64,000 nt of DNA. Source: an uncultured cyanobacterium (GTDB lineage: Bacteria > Cyanobacteriota > Cyanobacteriia > Cyanobacteriales > Nostocaceae). The position numbers and the translations under genes were made by a program. Below, one piece after another: positions 38,688 through 47,690 of the stretch (within the stretch, counting starts at the first letter, position 1; every line of letters begins with the position of its first letter). A model generated the notes under the pieces. That model made no database searches. It saw only the letters and a list, made by a program, of their open reading frames with translations, and was not told the origin of the DNA. The stretch is from NCBI GenBank assembly GCA_963740315.1, contig CAVUDP010000004.1, positions 96,001-160,000 of the forward strand, written 5' to 3'.

Positions 38688-40193
38688 TTACTGAAGCTCA
38701 TATCTCGTAATAATCGTTACCCCTTGTCTGCCATTAGAACTACTTTTAAGTTTCCATTTACGCGCCATTTTCAAATGATAATCATCTAATCTGCTGTTTC
38801 CGCTACCGCTAAGCAACTGCACATCAGTAACATTACCTTGAGCATCAGCATCAACAGATACCGTTATACTTCCTTCAACTCCTCTATTTTTTGCCCATGA
38901 TGGATAACTTCGATCGCATCTAACACAAGCAGCGCTTCCGTCTCCAACTGAATCACCCGCACCGTTACCCAAGCCGTTACCAGTTCCAGTATCGGTAGTG
39001 TTGGTAGGTGCCGATGCAACATTACCTCCAAAACTTCGCCGTCTTCTTCTGGGAGCATTATCGCTACTTTCGCCAATATTGGAAGTATCGGGTAAAGATG
39101 GTGCTGTATTATTGCTACTAATATTGGTATCTCGGCTTTCCCTAATTCCTGAAAGAGTATCTCTCAACTCTCCACTATCTTGTTGAGTTGTGGCTGGTGG
39201 TTCTATCGGAGGAGTCACGGGATTTGAAAAACTCCGCGCTGTTCTTTTAGAGTTCCTTTCTTGTGTTCGCTGCCGTTTCAAACCCTCGTCAGTTTGAGTT
39301 GTTGCTGGTGGTTCTATCGGAGGAGTCACCGGATTTGTTCTTCTCGAATCTCTTTCTTGAGCGAGCAACTTTTTTAAATCTTCGTCAGCTTCTGTTTGCT
39401 GTGCTGGTGGTTCTGTCGGAGGAGTAACGGGAGTCGAAAATTCTCGTGGTGTACGAATAGAATCTCTTTGTTGTGCGAGCAAATCTTTTAACTCTTGCGA
39501 AGATTCTTGAGTTGGTTTCGGTGGTTCGACAGGAGTTGAAAATTCTCGTGGTGTTCTAGTATCTGGTTTCGGTTTAGGAATATCGTTTTTAACAATGGGT
39601 TCGGGCTTTTCTGGTTTTGGTTGCGGTTTCGGTTCTGGCTTTTGCTCTGGAATAATTGGCTTTTCCCTTACTGCGACGGTCGGAGCAGAAGGTAAAGCAG
39701 GCGATAATGGTTCTTCAAATTGTTTGAATGGTTTAAAGTCTGGTTTCGGAATCGGCTGTTTTACAATAGGTGGTGCTTGAGGAGTGATTCTACTTTGTGT
39801 CGGTATCGGTTGGGATAAAGACGAGAAAGGACTTCCACCACTAATTCGAGACTGGCTCGGTGTGGTGTCTAAGTCGGGTTGTTTTATCTGTGGTTTCGGC
39901 TCTGGTTTCGGTTCTGGTTTTTCTAGTTTCGGCTCTATCTTTTTCGGTTCTGGTTTCGGCTTTGCTTTTACTTCTTCTTTCGGTTCAATTTCTTCTATGG
40001 GAGTATCGAGGAGAGTTATTTCAACTGGTTCATCCTCAACTTCAGGCACCCTATTTAATAAATATTTTCCAATACCGGAAGCTAACAACACTAGATGAAA
40101 TATAAGCGAGCCTAATAAACTGCACGCTAGAAAAATTCTCAGAGCTTTTAATTGTTTATGTCGCTCCTGTAGCGCGGTACTTGAAAAGCTCAT
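38688..40193 (-). CDS. tonB: Energy transducer TonB with a long Pro-rich, internally repeated linker
   Basis: SLLGSLIFH TM motif, (E/K)P-rich linker, C-terminal YPSWAKNRGVEGSITVSVDADAQGNVTDV..SGNSRLD; divergent from exbBD. Confidence 0.88.
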   Translation of the reverse strand: MSFSSTALQERHKQLKALRIFLACSLLGSLIFHLVLLASGIGKYLLNRVPEVEDEPVEITLLDTPIEEIEPKEEVKAKPKPEPKKIEPKLEKPEPKPEPKPQIKQPDLDTTPSQSRISGGSPFSSLSQPIPTQSRITPQAPPIVKQPIPKPDFKPFKQFEEPLSPALPSAPTVAVREKPIIPEQKPEPKPQPKPEKPEPIVKNDIPKPKPDTRTPREFSTPVEPPKPTQESSQELKDLLAQQRDSIRTPREFSTPVTPPTEPPAQQTEADEDLKKLLAQERDSRRTNPVTPPIEPPATTQTDEGLKRQRTQERNSKRTARSFSNPVTPPIEPPATTQQDSGELRDTLSGIRESRDTNISSNNTAPSLPDTSNIGESSDNAPRRRRRSFGGNVASAPTNTTDTGTGNGLGNGAGDSVGDGSAACVRCDRSYPSWAKNRGVEGSITVSVDADAQGNVTDVQLLSGSGNSRLDDYHLKMARKWKLKSSSNGRQGVTIITRYELQ

Positions 40194-40504
40194 AGTTTAA
40201 AAGTTATTGATATAGATTTGCATTAATTGGTAATTTTAAAAGAATTAATCGTAAAAGTCAATCAATTTTTCCTGATAATTACTTAATAATTTGTTGCAAT
40301 TATCAACTTACAGATACCTTTAATTTGAAGTTGGAATTACATTGCTGCAATAAATACCTTTGTTCTAGTAAAAGCGGTGAAAGTATTGATTTTACGTTTT
40401 TCAAGATTCAGGATATTTTTGATAATAGCCGCACAGCACGCTTCTATAAAAAGTGAAAATACCTTTAGACTTAATTATTGTTGATTTTTAATACTTTGAA
40501 ATGA

Positions 40505-40550
40505 TTGACATATATTCTCATTTGTTCTAAGTTAATTTGATAACTACTAT
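40505..40550 (+). promoter_or_regulatory. Putative sigma70 promoter of exbBD with an overlapping Fur-like AT-rich box
   Basis: TTGACA (40505)-N17-TAAGTT, followed by TTGATAACTACTATGAT. Confidence 0.5.
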
Positions 40551-40606
40551 GATCTACCTGTGTAGGCATTAGTAATTACTTTCATTAATGCACTTGAGAA
40601 TTATAA

Positions 40607-41260
40607 ATGGGAATAAATAATCTATTCTCGGCAGGTGGCGTAGTCATGATACCGCTGCTGGGGTTTTCGGTATTGGCTTTGGGGCTGATTGTCGAAAGGA
40701 TAAGCTTTTGGCTGAAAATAAATAATCGTCAGACTAGAGTAGTGCGAGATGTCTTAAATCTCTATCGTCGGGATAATGTCGTCGGTGCAATTGATGGATT
40801 GCGGAAGAATGCAGATTTGCCTATTGCGCGGATGTTTCTCACAGCTTTGGAACTAGAAGAGCCGACTCCGGAAGAGTTTCGTTTGGCATTGGAAAGTGAA
40901 GCCCAAGCTGAGATACCTTTACTCAAGCGCTTCCAAAATATATTTGATACTATTATTTCCCTCGCACCACTGCTAGGTCTTTTGGGTACGGTTTTAGGAT
41001 TAATTGGTTCTTTCGCTTCTCTGAATCTTGGTGATGTTGGAGGTTCTCAAACAGCGAATGTAACTGGTGGTATTAGTGAAGCGCTGGTTTCCACGGCTGC
41101 GGGATTAGTTGTAGCGATTTTCACGCTGATGTTTGCTAATACATTTCGAGCCATGTACCAAAGACAAATGGCATTAATTCAAGAATACGGTGGAGAGTTG
41201 GAATTACTTTACCGTCGTCATTACGAACGAGGAATGAAAAATTATGCGTCTACCAGATGA
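40607..41260 (+). CDS. exbB: ExbB (MotA/TolQ/ExbB proton channel)
   Basis: GGVVMIPL, APLLGLLGTVLGLI, GGISEALVSTAAGL. Confidence 0.92.
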   Translation: MGINNLFSAGGVVMIPLLGFSVLALGLIVERISFWLKINNRQTRVVRDVLNLYRRDNVVGAIDGLRKNADLPIARMFLTALELEEPTPEEFRLALESEAQAEIPLLKRFQNIFDTIISLAPLLGLLGTVLGLIGSFASLNLGDVGGSQTANVTGGISEALVSTAAGLVVAIFTLMFANTFRAMYQRQMALIQEYGGELELLYRRHYERGMKNYASTR

Positions 41261-41648
41261 AGCGGATGTACCAGCACAAATTAATATTGTGCCGATGATT
41301 GACGTTATATTCGCAATTTTGACCTTTTTTGTGATGTCAACTCTGTTTTTAACTCGTCAAGAAGGATTACCAGTCAATTTACCTCAAGCATCTTCGGCTA
41401 AAAAAGCGACTCAACCAGCACGAGTCACGCTAACAGTAGATAAGGCTGGTGAAATATTTTTGAATAAACAGCCGATTACTTTGGATAAGTTAGAAGCTGG
41501 GGTAAAAGCAAAAGTCAAACCCGAACAACCTTTAATGGTGGTTTTGAATGCAGACGAAGGGGTGAATCATGGGAAAATAGTCGCGGTGATGGATAAAGTG
41601 CGATTGGTTAAAGGTGCTAGTTTGGCGATCGCCACTCGTCGGGATTGA
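41244..41648 (+). CDS. exbD: ExbD biopolymer transport protein
   Basis: INIVPMIDVIFAILTFF, VNLPQA, ADEGVNHGKIVAVMD; overlaps the end of exbB. Confidence 0.92.
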   Translation: MRLPDEADVPAQINIVPMIDVIFAILTFFVMSTLFLTRQEGLPVNLPQASSAKKATQPARVTLTVDKAGEIFLNKQPITLDKLEAGVKAKVKPEQPLMVVLNADEGVNHGKIVAVMDKVRLVKGASLAIATRRD

Positions 41649-41848
41649 TTCAATCAATTTTGGTTTTTAACTTTGTTTTTTTAACTAATTAATTACGTAT
41701 ATTGCGACATATTTTTGTAGGGTGCTGTGACACTTATAGAAATTCTGAACGTAGTAATAATGTTTTTAGTGTCACGCACCAACCGGGTTCACCAGACAAT
41801 TGCGTAAGTCTTAAAAGATTATATAATATCCGAATATATAAAAATCAT

Positions 41849-42850
41849 ATGACAATTACTGTTTCAAGTCATAATTGGCAAGAGCTTTGGCAAGAAGATA
41901 AGCAGCAATCTTTAAATAAGCACGAACGCATTTGGAGTTTTTCTAATAATTTGGGAACGGGTTATCAACGACAAATTTTTCTGCGCTCTGGTATATCTAT
42001 TTATATTCACGAGTTAAAATTTATAGATAATATTGTTGAAACAATTTATTCTCAAAAATTTTTACCTGAATTTGCTTTTCATCTCCAAGGAAAGCGTCAG
42101 CTAGTAGATGGAAAATATCATCAAGCGGGAGAAAACTTTTTCGCGATCGGACCTTGTTTAAATGGAACTCAAGAATGGTCTGCTAATTCTCCAATTCTCA
42201 AGATTGATATACATATTGAACCATCAATTTTAGGGAGTTATTTAAACGATTATAATCAAAAAACGCCTTCTCAATTGAATCAGCTTTTGGAAGGTAAAGA
42301 TGAAATTTTTTATTTTAATTCCGGCAAAACAACACCTAAAATGCAAGTTTGTTTGCATCAAATTTTAAATTGTCCCTATCAAGGTGCGACTCGACAAATT
42401 TACTTAGAAGCTAAAGCGTTAGAACTAATTGCTATGCGTTTGCAAGAAGTGCTTTATGAAAATAATTCCCAACATTGTTCAAGCTCTTGTATTCAAGCAA
42501 ATGATATTGAACGAATTCACCACGCTAAAGAAATTTTACGCGCTCGATTTGATAATCCGCCTTCTTTACCAGAATTAGCTCGCAAAGTTGGTTTAAATCA
42601 GCGCAAACTCAAGCAAGGATTTCGTGCTTGTTTTGGAACTACTGCTTTTGGATATTTGCACGAATACCGCATGGAGCAAGCCAGACTGTTACTGACGGAT
42701 ACTCAAATGAGCGTAACTCAAGTTGCTCATAACGTTGGTTATGCGAGTTTACCATCCTTTAGTGCGGCTTTTCGCAAAAAATTCGGTATTTGTCCGCGAA
42801 CTCAGTTTGCTACAACAAAAGATAAAAAGTACCTTTGGAATAAAAAATAG
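41849..42850 (+). CDS. AraC-family (PchR-like) transcriptional regulator
   Basis: QILNCPYQGATRQIYLEAKALEL, PSLPELARKVGLNQRKLKQGFR, GYASLPSFSAAFRKKFG. Start placed at MTITVS; the upstream extension runs through a REP-like repeat. Confidence 0.9.
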   Translation: MTITVSSHNWQELWQEDKQQSLNKHERIWSFSNNLGTGYQRQIFLRSGISIYIHELKFIDNIVETIYSQKFLPEFAFHLQGKRQLVDGKYHQAGENFFAIGPCLNGTQEWSANSPILKIDIHIEPSILGSYLNDYNQKTPSQLNQLLEGKDEIFYFNSGKTTPKMQVCLHQILNCPYQGATRQIYLEAKALELIAMRLQEVLYENNSQHCSSSCIQANDIERIHHAKEILRARFDNPPSLPELARKVGLNQRKLKQGFRACFGTTAFGYLHEYRMEQARLLLTDTQMSVTQVAHNVGYASLPSFSAAFRKKFGICPRTQFATTKDKKYLWNKK

Positions 42851-42864
42851 TCCGTCTGGAATAA
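42829..42864 (+). promoter_or_regulatory. Candidate AraC tandem half-sites upstream of the TonB-dependent receptor
   Basis: GTACCTTTGGAATAA and GTCCGTCTGGAATAA, 12/15 identical, 21-bp period. Confidence 0.55.
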
Positions 42865-42898
42865 GACTTCAAGCCTAATAACAGTGTAATGTTATTTT

Positions 42899-42926
42899 TA
42901 ATAATTGCAAATAATTCTTAATTGAT
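42899..42926 (+). promoter_or_regulatory. Putative Fur box
   Basis: AATTGCAAATAATTCTTAATT, an AT-rich near-palindrome just downstream of a TAATGT -10 in an iron-uptake locus. Confidence 0.45.
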
Positions 42927-43045
42927 GGGTAATAAAAATTACTGTTACCTCAGCCATATATAAGTAATTAGCCAAACCCAATTTAATCGGAGGTATGCAA
43001 CTGCTCTCAAACACTTCTATATTTTATTCATTTTGTGAGGAAAGA

Positions 43046-45676
43046 ATGAAATTACACCAATTGCTGAAAATTATTATATTTACTAGTTTGATGGGAGTTT
43101 TGGGAAATAATCTTGCTTTAGCCTCTGAAGAATTTACCGAAAACAATTCTCGCAAATTCGCACAATCTTCACCTCCTGCAAATGATAATGCAACGCAATT
43201 AATTAAAGTAACTGGGGTCAGATTAAATCAAACGGATAAGGGTATAGAAATAATTTTAGAAACAACTTCTGCTCGAAGTTTACAGGTTGTAAATCGCAGT
43301 CAGGGAAATGATTTTATTGCAGAAATTCCCAACGCTCAACTCAGCGTATCTGAAGGAAATGCGTTTATGAAATCAAAACCGATACAGGGAATTAGCGAGA
43401 TAAAAGTAATTAATAAAGATGCTAATACTGTTCAAGTAAAAGTAACCGGAGAAACAGCTTCACCACAAGTTGATTTATTTGATAGCAGTACGGGTTTGAT
43501 TTTTGGTTTAAAGCCAACAGCATCTACGGCTCAAACACCAGAACAACCCGCAGCAACTCCACCACCGCAGGAATCACAAACACCAGAAAAACCTACCACT
43601 CAAACAGAGGAAGATAATAATCAACCAATTGAACTGGTAGTAACTGCAACTCGAACCGAACAAGATATTCAAAAGGTACCCCGTTCTATCACCGTAATCG
43701 ATCGCTCGGAAGTCGAACAGCAAACTAGATTATCGCGTAATTTAATCGAAATTCTTGGGAAATCGGTACCCGGTTTAGCTCCTCCCACTCAAAGCGGTAG
43801 TACTTTTGGATTATCTTTGCGGGGACGCAATACTTTAGTTTTAATTGATGGGGTTCCTCAGTCTACAAGTCGCAATGCTTTCCGAGATTTGAAAACAATT
43901 GACCCTTCTGCAATCGAACGTGTGGAAGTTGTCAGAGGTCCGAGTGCGATTTATGGTGATGGTGCAACAGGTGGTGTCATCAATATTATTACTAAACGTG
44001 CCGATACAGATAGATTGACTTCAAAAACAGAGTTCGGTGTAAATGCTGCTTTGGGAGAATTAGAAGAAGATAGTTTCGGCACAAATTTACAGCATACAAT
44101 TTCTGTCAACGAGGGTAAAGTTGATTTTACTGGCAATATTTCATTTACGAATACCGGCGTTTATTACGATGCGGAAGGAGACAAAATTCCTACCGATCCC
44201 AACGGTCAAGGTGGTTTCGCGGATGCTCGCAGTATTAATTTATTCGGAAAATTAGGTGTCGATCTTGACGATTATCAACGACTGCAACTGACATTTAACC
44301 GCTTCGACGAAAAGCAAGATACAGATATTGCTAGCGACCCAAGTGTTAATACCATAGAGGGTAGACAAAAGGCTCGCGCTATCGAAGGATTGAGTTTAGA
44401 CGAACTTCCAGGTAACGAAAATACGCTGTTAAATTTACAGTACAATCATGACAATCTATTAAATAGTAAAGTCCAGGCTCAAGCATATTATCGAAATTAT
44501 CTCACCAGATTCTTCCCTTTTGATGGTCGTGCATTCGCTAGTTTGGGTAACGAAATCATTCAATCAGAAGTAGATTCGGAGAAATACGGGGGACGTTTGC
44601 AGATTGAAACTCCTTTATTTGATGGGGAAAAAGCCAAATTACTCTGGGGTGCAGATTATTTCAAGGAAGAAACATCCCAGATTGTTTCTACTTTTGATAG
44701 AGATGTCTTTGATTCAAGTGGAGGATTGGTTTTAAGAAAAAATGGCGATCGCACTTGGGTTCCACCTCTAGATTTAAGCAGTCTGGGAATATTCGCTCAG
44801 TTAAATTTGAATCTCGGTGAAAAACTAGTTTTAAACGGTGGTGTTCGTTACGAAAACTCCGATGTCAGCGTCAATGATTTTAGTACTTTAGCCAATCCCG
44901 ATGTAAATATAGAAGGTGGCGACCTTGATTTTGATGCAACTCTATTTAACGTCGGAGCAGTATACTCAGTTACGGACAACGTAAGTGTATTTGCTAACTT
45001 TTCTCAAGGATTCTCCCTCTCAGATATTGGTTTAGCACTCCGCAACGCACCACCAGGTTTTTCTGTAGAATCCTTAAGTCCGGAACCTCAAAAAGTAGAC
45101 AATTACGAAATCGGCTTGCGTGGTAGATGGAATAAAGTTCAAGCATCCTTATCGGCTTTCTACAACGAATCAGAATTAGGTACAACCTTCACAGCCCCAG
45201 GAACAGTTATCCGCGCACCGGAAAGAATATATGGTGTGGAAGCAGCTATAGACGTAAAACCAAGTCCGAGTTTTGCTTTGGGTGGAACTCTTACATTAAC
45301 TGGTGGTGAAATCGATATTAACGACGATGGTAATTACACTGCTTTGGATGGATTTAGAATCCCACCATTAAAGCTGACAGCTTATGTAGAAAATGAAACT
45401 TTACCAGGATGGAGCAATCGTCTGCAAGCATTATTTTCAGGAAACCGAGACTTGTTTGCAGATAATACCAGTTTTGGTAGAAGACCTGTAGACAGCTATT
45501 TCGTATTAGACTATATCAGCAGCATACAAATGGGTGCTGGGACATTGCAAATTGGCGTTGAAAATCTTTTAGATAATCAATATTTCCCCGTGGTTTCTCA
45601 ATTACAAGCAAGTAATAGCTCTTATAGTGCAGCTAGAGGAAGAACTTTAAGCGTGAGATATTCAGTGGATTGGTGA
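43046..45676 (+). CDS. TonB-dependent siderophore receptor with AMIN domain (IutA/SchT-like)
   Basis: Signal peptide, AMIN (VTGVRLNQTDKGIEIILET), TonB box ELVVTATR, plug LRGRNTLVLIDGVP..IERVEVVRGPSAIYG, C-terminal GRTLSVRYSVDW. ATG at 43046 follows GTGAGG. Confidence 0.93.
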   Translation: MKLHQLLKIIIFTSLMGVLGNNLALASEEFTENNSRKFAQSSPPANDNATQLIKVTGVRLNQTDKGIEIILETTSARSLQVVNRSQGNDFIAEIPNAQLSVSEGNAFMKSKPIQGISEIKVINKDANTVQVKVTGETASPQVDLFDSSTGLIFGLKPTASTAQTPEQPAATPPPQESQTPEKPTTQTEEDNNQPIELVVTATRTEQDIQKVPRSITVIDRSEVEQQTRLSRNLIEILGKSVPGLAPPTQSGSTFGLSLRGRNTLVLIDGVPQSTSRNAFRDLKTIDPSAIERVEVVRGPSAIYGDGATGGVINIITKRADTDRLTSKTEFGVNAALGELEEDSFGTNLQHTISVNEGKVDFTGNISFTNTGVYYDAEGDKIPTDPNGQGGFADARSINLFGKLGVDLDDYQRLQLTFNRFDEKQDTDIASDPSVNTIEGRQKARAIEGLSLDELPGNENTLLNLQYNHDNLLNSKVQAQAYYRNYLTRFFPFDGRAFASLGNEIIQSEVDSEKYGGRLQIETPLFDGEKAKLLWGADYFKEETSQIVSTFDRDVFDSSGGLVLRKNGDRTWVPPLDLSSLGIFAQLNLNLGEKLVLNGGVRYENSDVSVNDFSTLANPDVNIEGGDLDFDATLFNVGAVYSVTDNVSVFANFSQGFSLSDIGLALRNAPPGFSVESLSPEPQKVDNYEIGLRGRWNKVQASLSAFYNESELGTTFTAPGTVIRAPERIYGVEAAIDVKPSPSFALGGTLTLTGGEIDINDDGNYTALDGFRIPPLKLTAYVENETLPGWSNRLQALFSGNRDLFADNTSFGRRPVDSYFVLDYISSIQMGAGTLQIGVENLLDNQYFPVVSQLQASNSSYSAARGRTLSVRYSVDW

Positions 45677-45791
45677 GCAAATTCAATGAGCGTCAGAGTA
45701 GGTTCTATATTCATATTGTATTCTTCGTTACGACCTTATAAACTAATTAATAATTGCTAAAAAATCTCATTAAGTTTCAGGAGGTTAGAAA

Positions 45792-46598
45792 TTGGTAGCA
45801 ATTGATGCTCATGACCTAAAAATTGCTTACGATCGCACAATCGTTGTTTCTGACTTCTCCATCACACTCCATGAGGGTGAAATAACGGCTTTGTTGGGAC
45901 CCAATGGTTCGGGAAAAAGTACGGTATTGCGGACTCTAGCTAGATTGTTGCAACCAAATCGGGGTGCAGTTTATATCAACGGTCGCAATATTGCTAAAAT
46001 GCCGACAAAACAGTTAGCGCGACAGTTAGCAATGCTACCTCAATCATCAGAGGTTCCACCAGCAGTGACCGTTAAGGAATTGATCGGTTACGGACGCTAT
46101 CCCCATCAAAATTTACTGGGGGGATTCTCCTCAAAAGATATCACGGCGATAGAGTGGGCATTGGAAGTGACAGGACTGGAAAACCTTGCCTCAAGGGCTG
46201 TTGATACCCTTTCCGGGGGAGAGCGTCAGCGAGCTTGGATTGCAATGGCGATCGCCCAACAAACCCGCGTATTATTGCTTGATGAACCAACAACATTTTT
46301 AGATATCCGCCATCAATTGGATGTTTTAGCTTTAGTAAGACAGTTAAATAAAGAACATGGAATTACTGTGGGATGGGTGCTACACGATTTAAACCAAGCT
46401 GCGGCTTATAGCGATAACTTAATTATGATTTCCCAAGGGAAGGTAGTTGCTAGTGGAAGTCCTCAAGAGGTGATGACAACCAGCAATATTCAGCAAGTAT
46501 TTGATGTAGAAATGACAGTGATACCCCATCCCATCAACGGTTATCCAACTTGTTTACCCTGCGATTGGGGATTAGCGACAGTGAGGAAAGCGGCATGA
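45792..46598 (+). CDS. fhuC: Iron-hydroxamate ABC transporter ATP-binding protein
   Basis: GPNGSGKST, LSGGERQRAWIAM, LLLDEPTTFLD, LHDLNQA; TTG start with GGAGG RBS. Confidence 0.9.
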   Translation: MVAIDAHDLKIAYDRTIVVSDFSITLHEGEITALLGPNGSGKSTVLRTLARLLQPNRGAVYINGRNIAKMPTKQLARQLAMLPQSSEVPPAVTVKELIGYGRYPHQNLLGGFSSKDITAIEWALEVTGLENLASRAVDTLSGGERQRAWIAMAIAQQTRVLLLDEPTTFLDIRHQLDVLALVRQLNKEHGITVGWVLHDLNQAAAYSDNLIMISQGKVVASGSPQEVMTTSNIQQVFDVEMTVIPHPINGYPTCLPCDWGLATVRKAA

Positions 46599-47539
46599 AT
46601 AAATACAGTAGGCGCTTTTTTCTGACTGCGTTGATGATGTCAGCTTTCACTGTTGCTTGTGGAAATAATTCCAATAATTCTGCTGTTTCCCCAACAGACA
46701 AATCTATCTCAGCAAAAACACCCTCTCGCGTTGTCGCTTTAGGATGGGTATATGTAGAAGATTTGCTGGCTTTGGGAATTCAGCCCGTTGGGGTAGCAGA
46801 TATTGAAGGTTATCAAAAATTTGTCAATATACAGCCTCAATTAGCAGCATCTGTCGTAGATGTAGGGACGCGAGCCGAGCCAAATTTAGAGGCGATCGCT
46901 CAATTAGAACCCGATTTAATTATCGGTGTGGAATTGCGGCATCAAGTAATTTACGACACGCTTAATTCTATAGCTCCAACTTTGTTATTTAATCCTTATC
47001 CGTCAGCAGATAGTGTAAGTCATTTACAAGAAATGCAGCAGACATTTATCAAAATTGCTGACACTATGAAGCGTGAGGAACAAGGAAGAGGGGTATTAGA
47101 AAAAATGCAGGCTACTTTTACACAAGCTGAGAAACAAATTAGCGATTTAAAAATAGTAAATAACAAATTTATTTTAGGTCAATTTAGCGATAGTGCGCCG
47201 CAGCTGCGGTTATTTACAGATAATGCAATGGCAGTACAAATTATCAATAAAATTGGTTTAGAGAATGCTTGGCAAGGTAAACTTGAACCATTTGGATTTA
47301 ATACAGTTTGGATAGAGGCATTACCAAAAGTAGAAGCAGCGAACTTTATTTATATTACTACAGATAACAATATCTATTGGCAGCAATTACAAAATAATCC
47401 GGTGTGGAAAGGTTTAAAGTTTGTGCGAGAAAAACGGCTTTATCCGATTCCATCAGATGCTTGGGTGTTTGGTGGTCCTTTGTCAGCAGAAAATTTGGTT
47501 AATAACATAGTAAATGCTTTTGAGGAGAAGATGAATTAA
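46595..47539 (+). CDS. fhuD: Iron-siderophore ABC transporter substrate-binding lipoprotein
   Basis: SRRFFL..TVAC lipobox, RVVAL..EDLLALGIQPVGVAD, VGTRAEPNLEAI, FGGPLSA; ATGA overlap with fhuC. Confidence 0.9.
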   Translation: MNKYSRRFFLTALMMSAFTVACGNNSNNSAVSPTDKSISAKTPSRVVALGWVYVEDLLALGIQPVGVADIEGYQKFVNIQPQLAASVVDVGTRAEPNLEAIAQLEPDLIIGVELRHQVIYDTLNSIAPTLLFNPYPSADSVSHLQEMQQTFIKIADTMKREEQGRGVLEKMQATFTQAEKQISDLKIVNNKFILGQFSDSAPQLRLFTDNAMAVQIINKIGLENAWQGKLEPFGFNTVWIEALPKVEAANFIYITTDNNIYWQQLQNNPVWKGLKFVREKRLYPIPSDAWVFGGPLSAENLVNNIVNAFEEKMN

Positions 47540-47690
47540 TGAGAGTTTTTTTATATGTTTTCTTTTGCTCGGACAATTGCTGATTTAAAAAACCGCAGAG
47601 AGGATAATCACAGAGAAATAGATTTTTTGAGAGAGGAAAGTAAATAAAGAAACTTATCACTATTTATCATTTTTTATTGGCATTTTGAAT

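Noticed and set aside
41702..41848. N-terminal extension of the AraC ORF
   Set aside because: Runs through a REP-like repeat; ATG 41849 gives a typical MTIT.. start.
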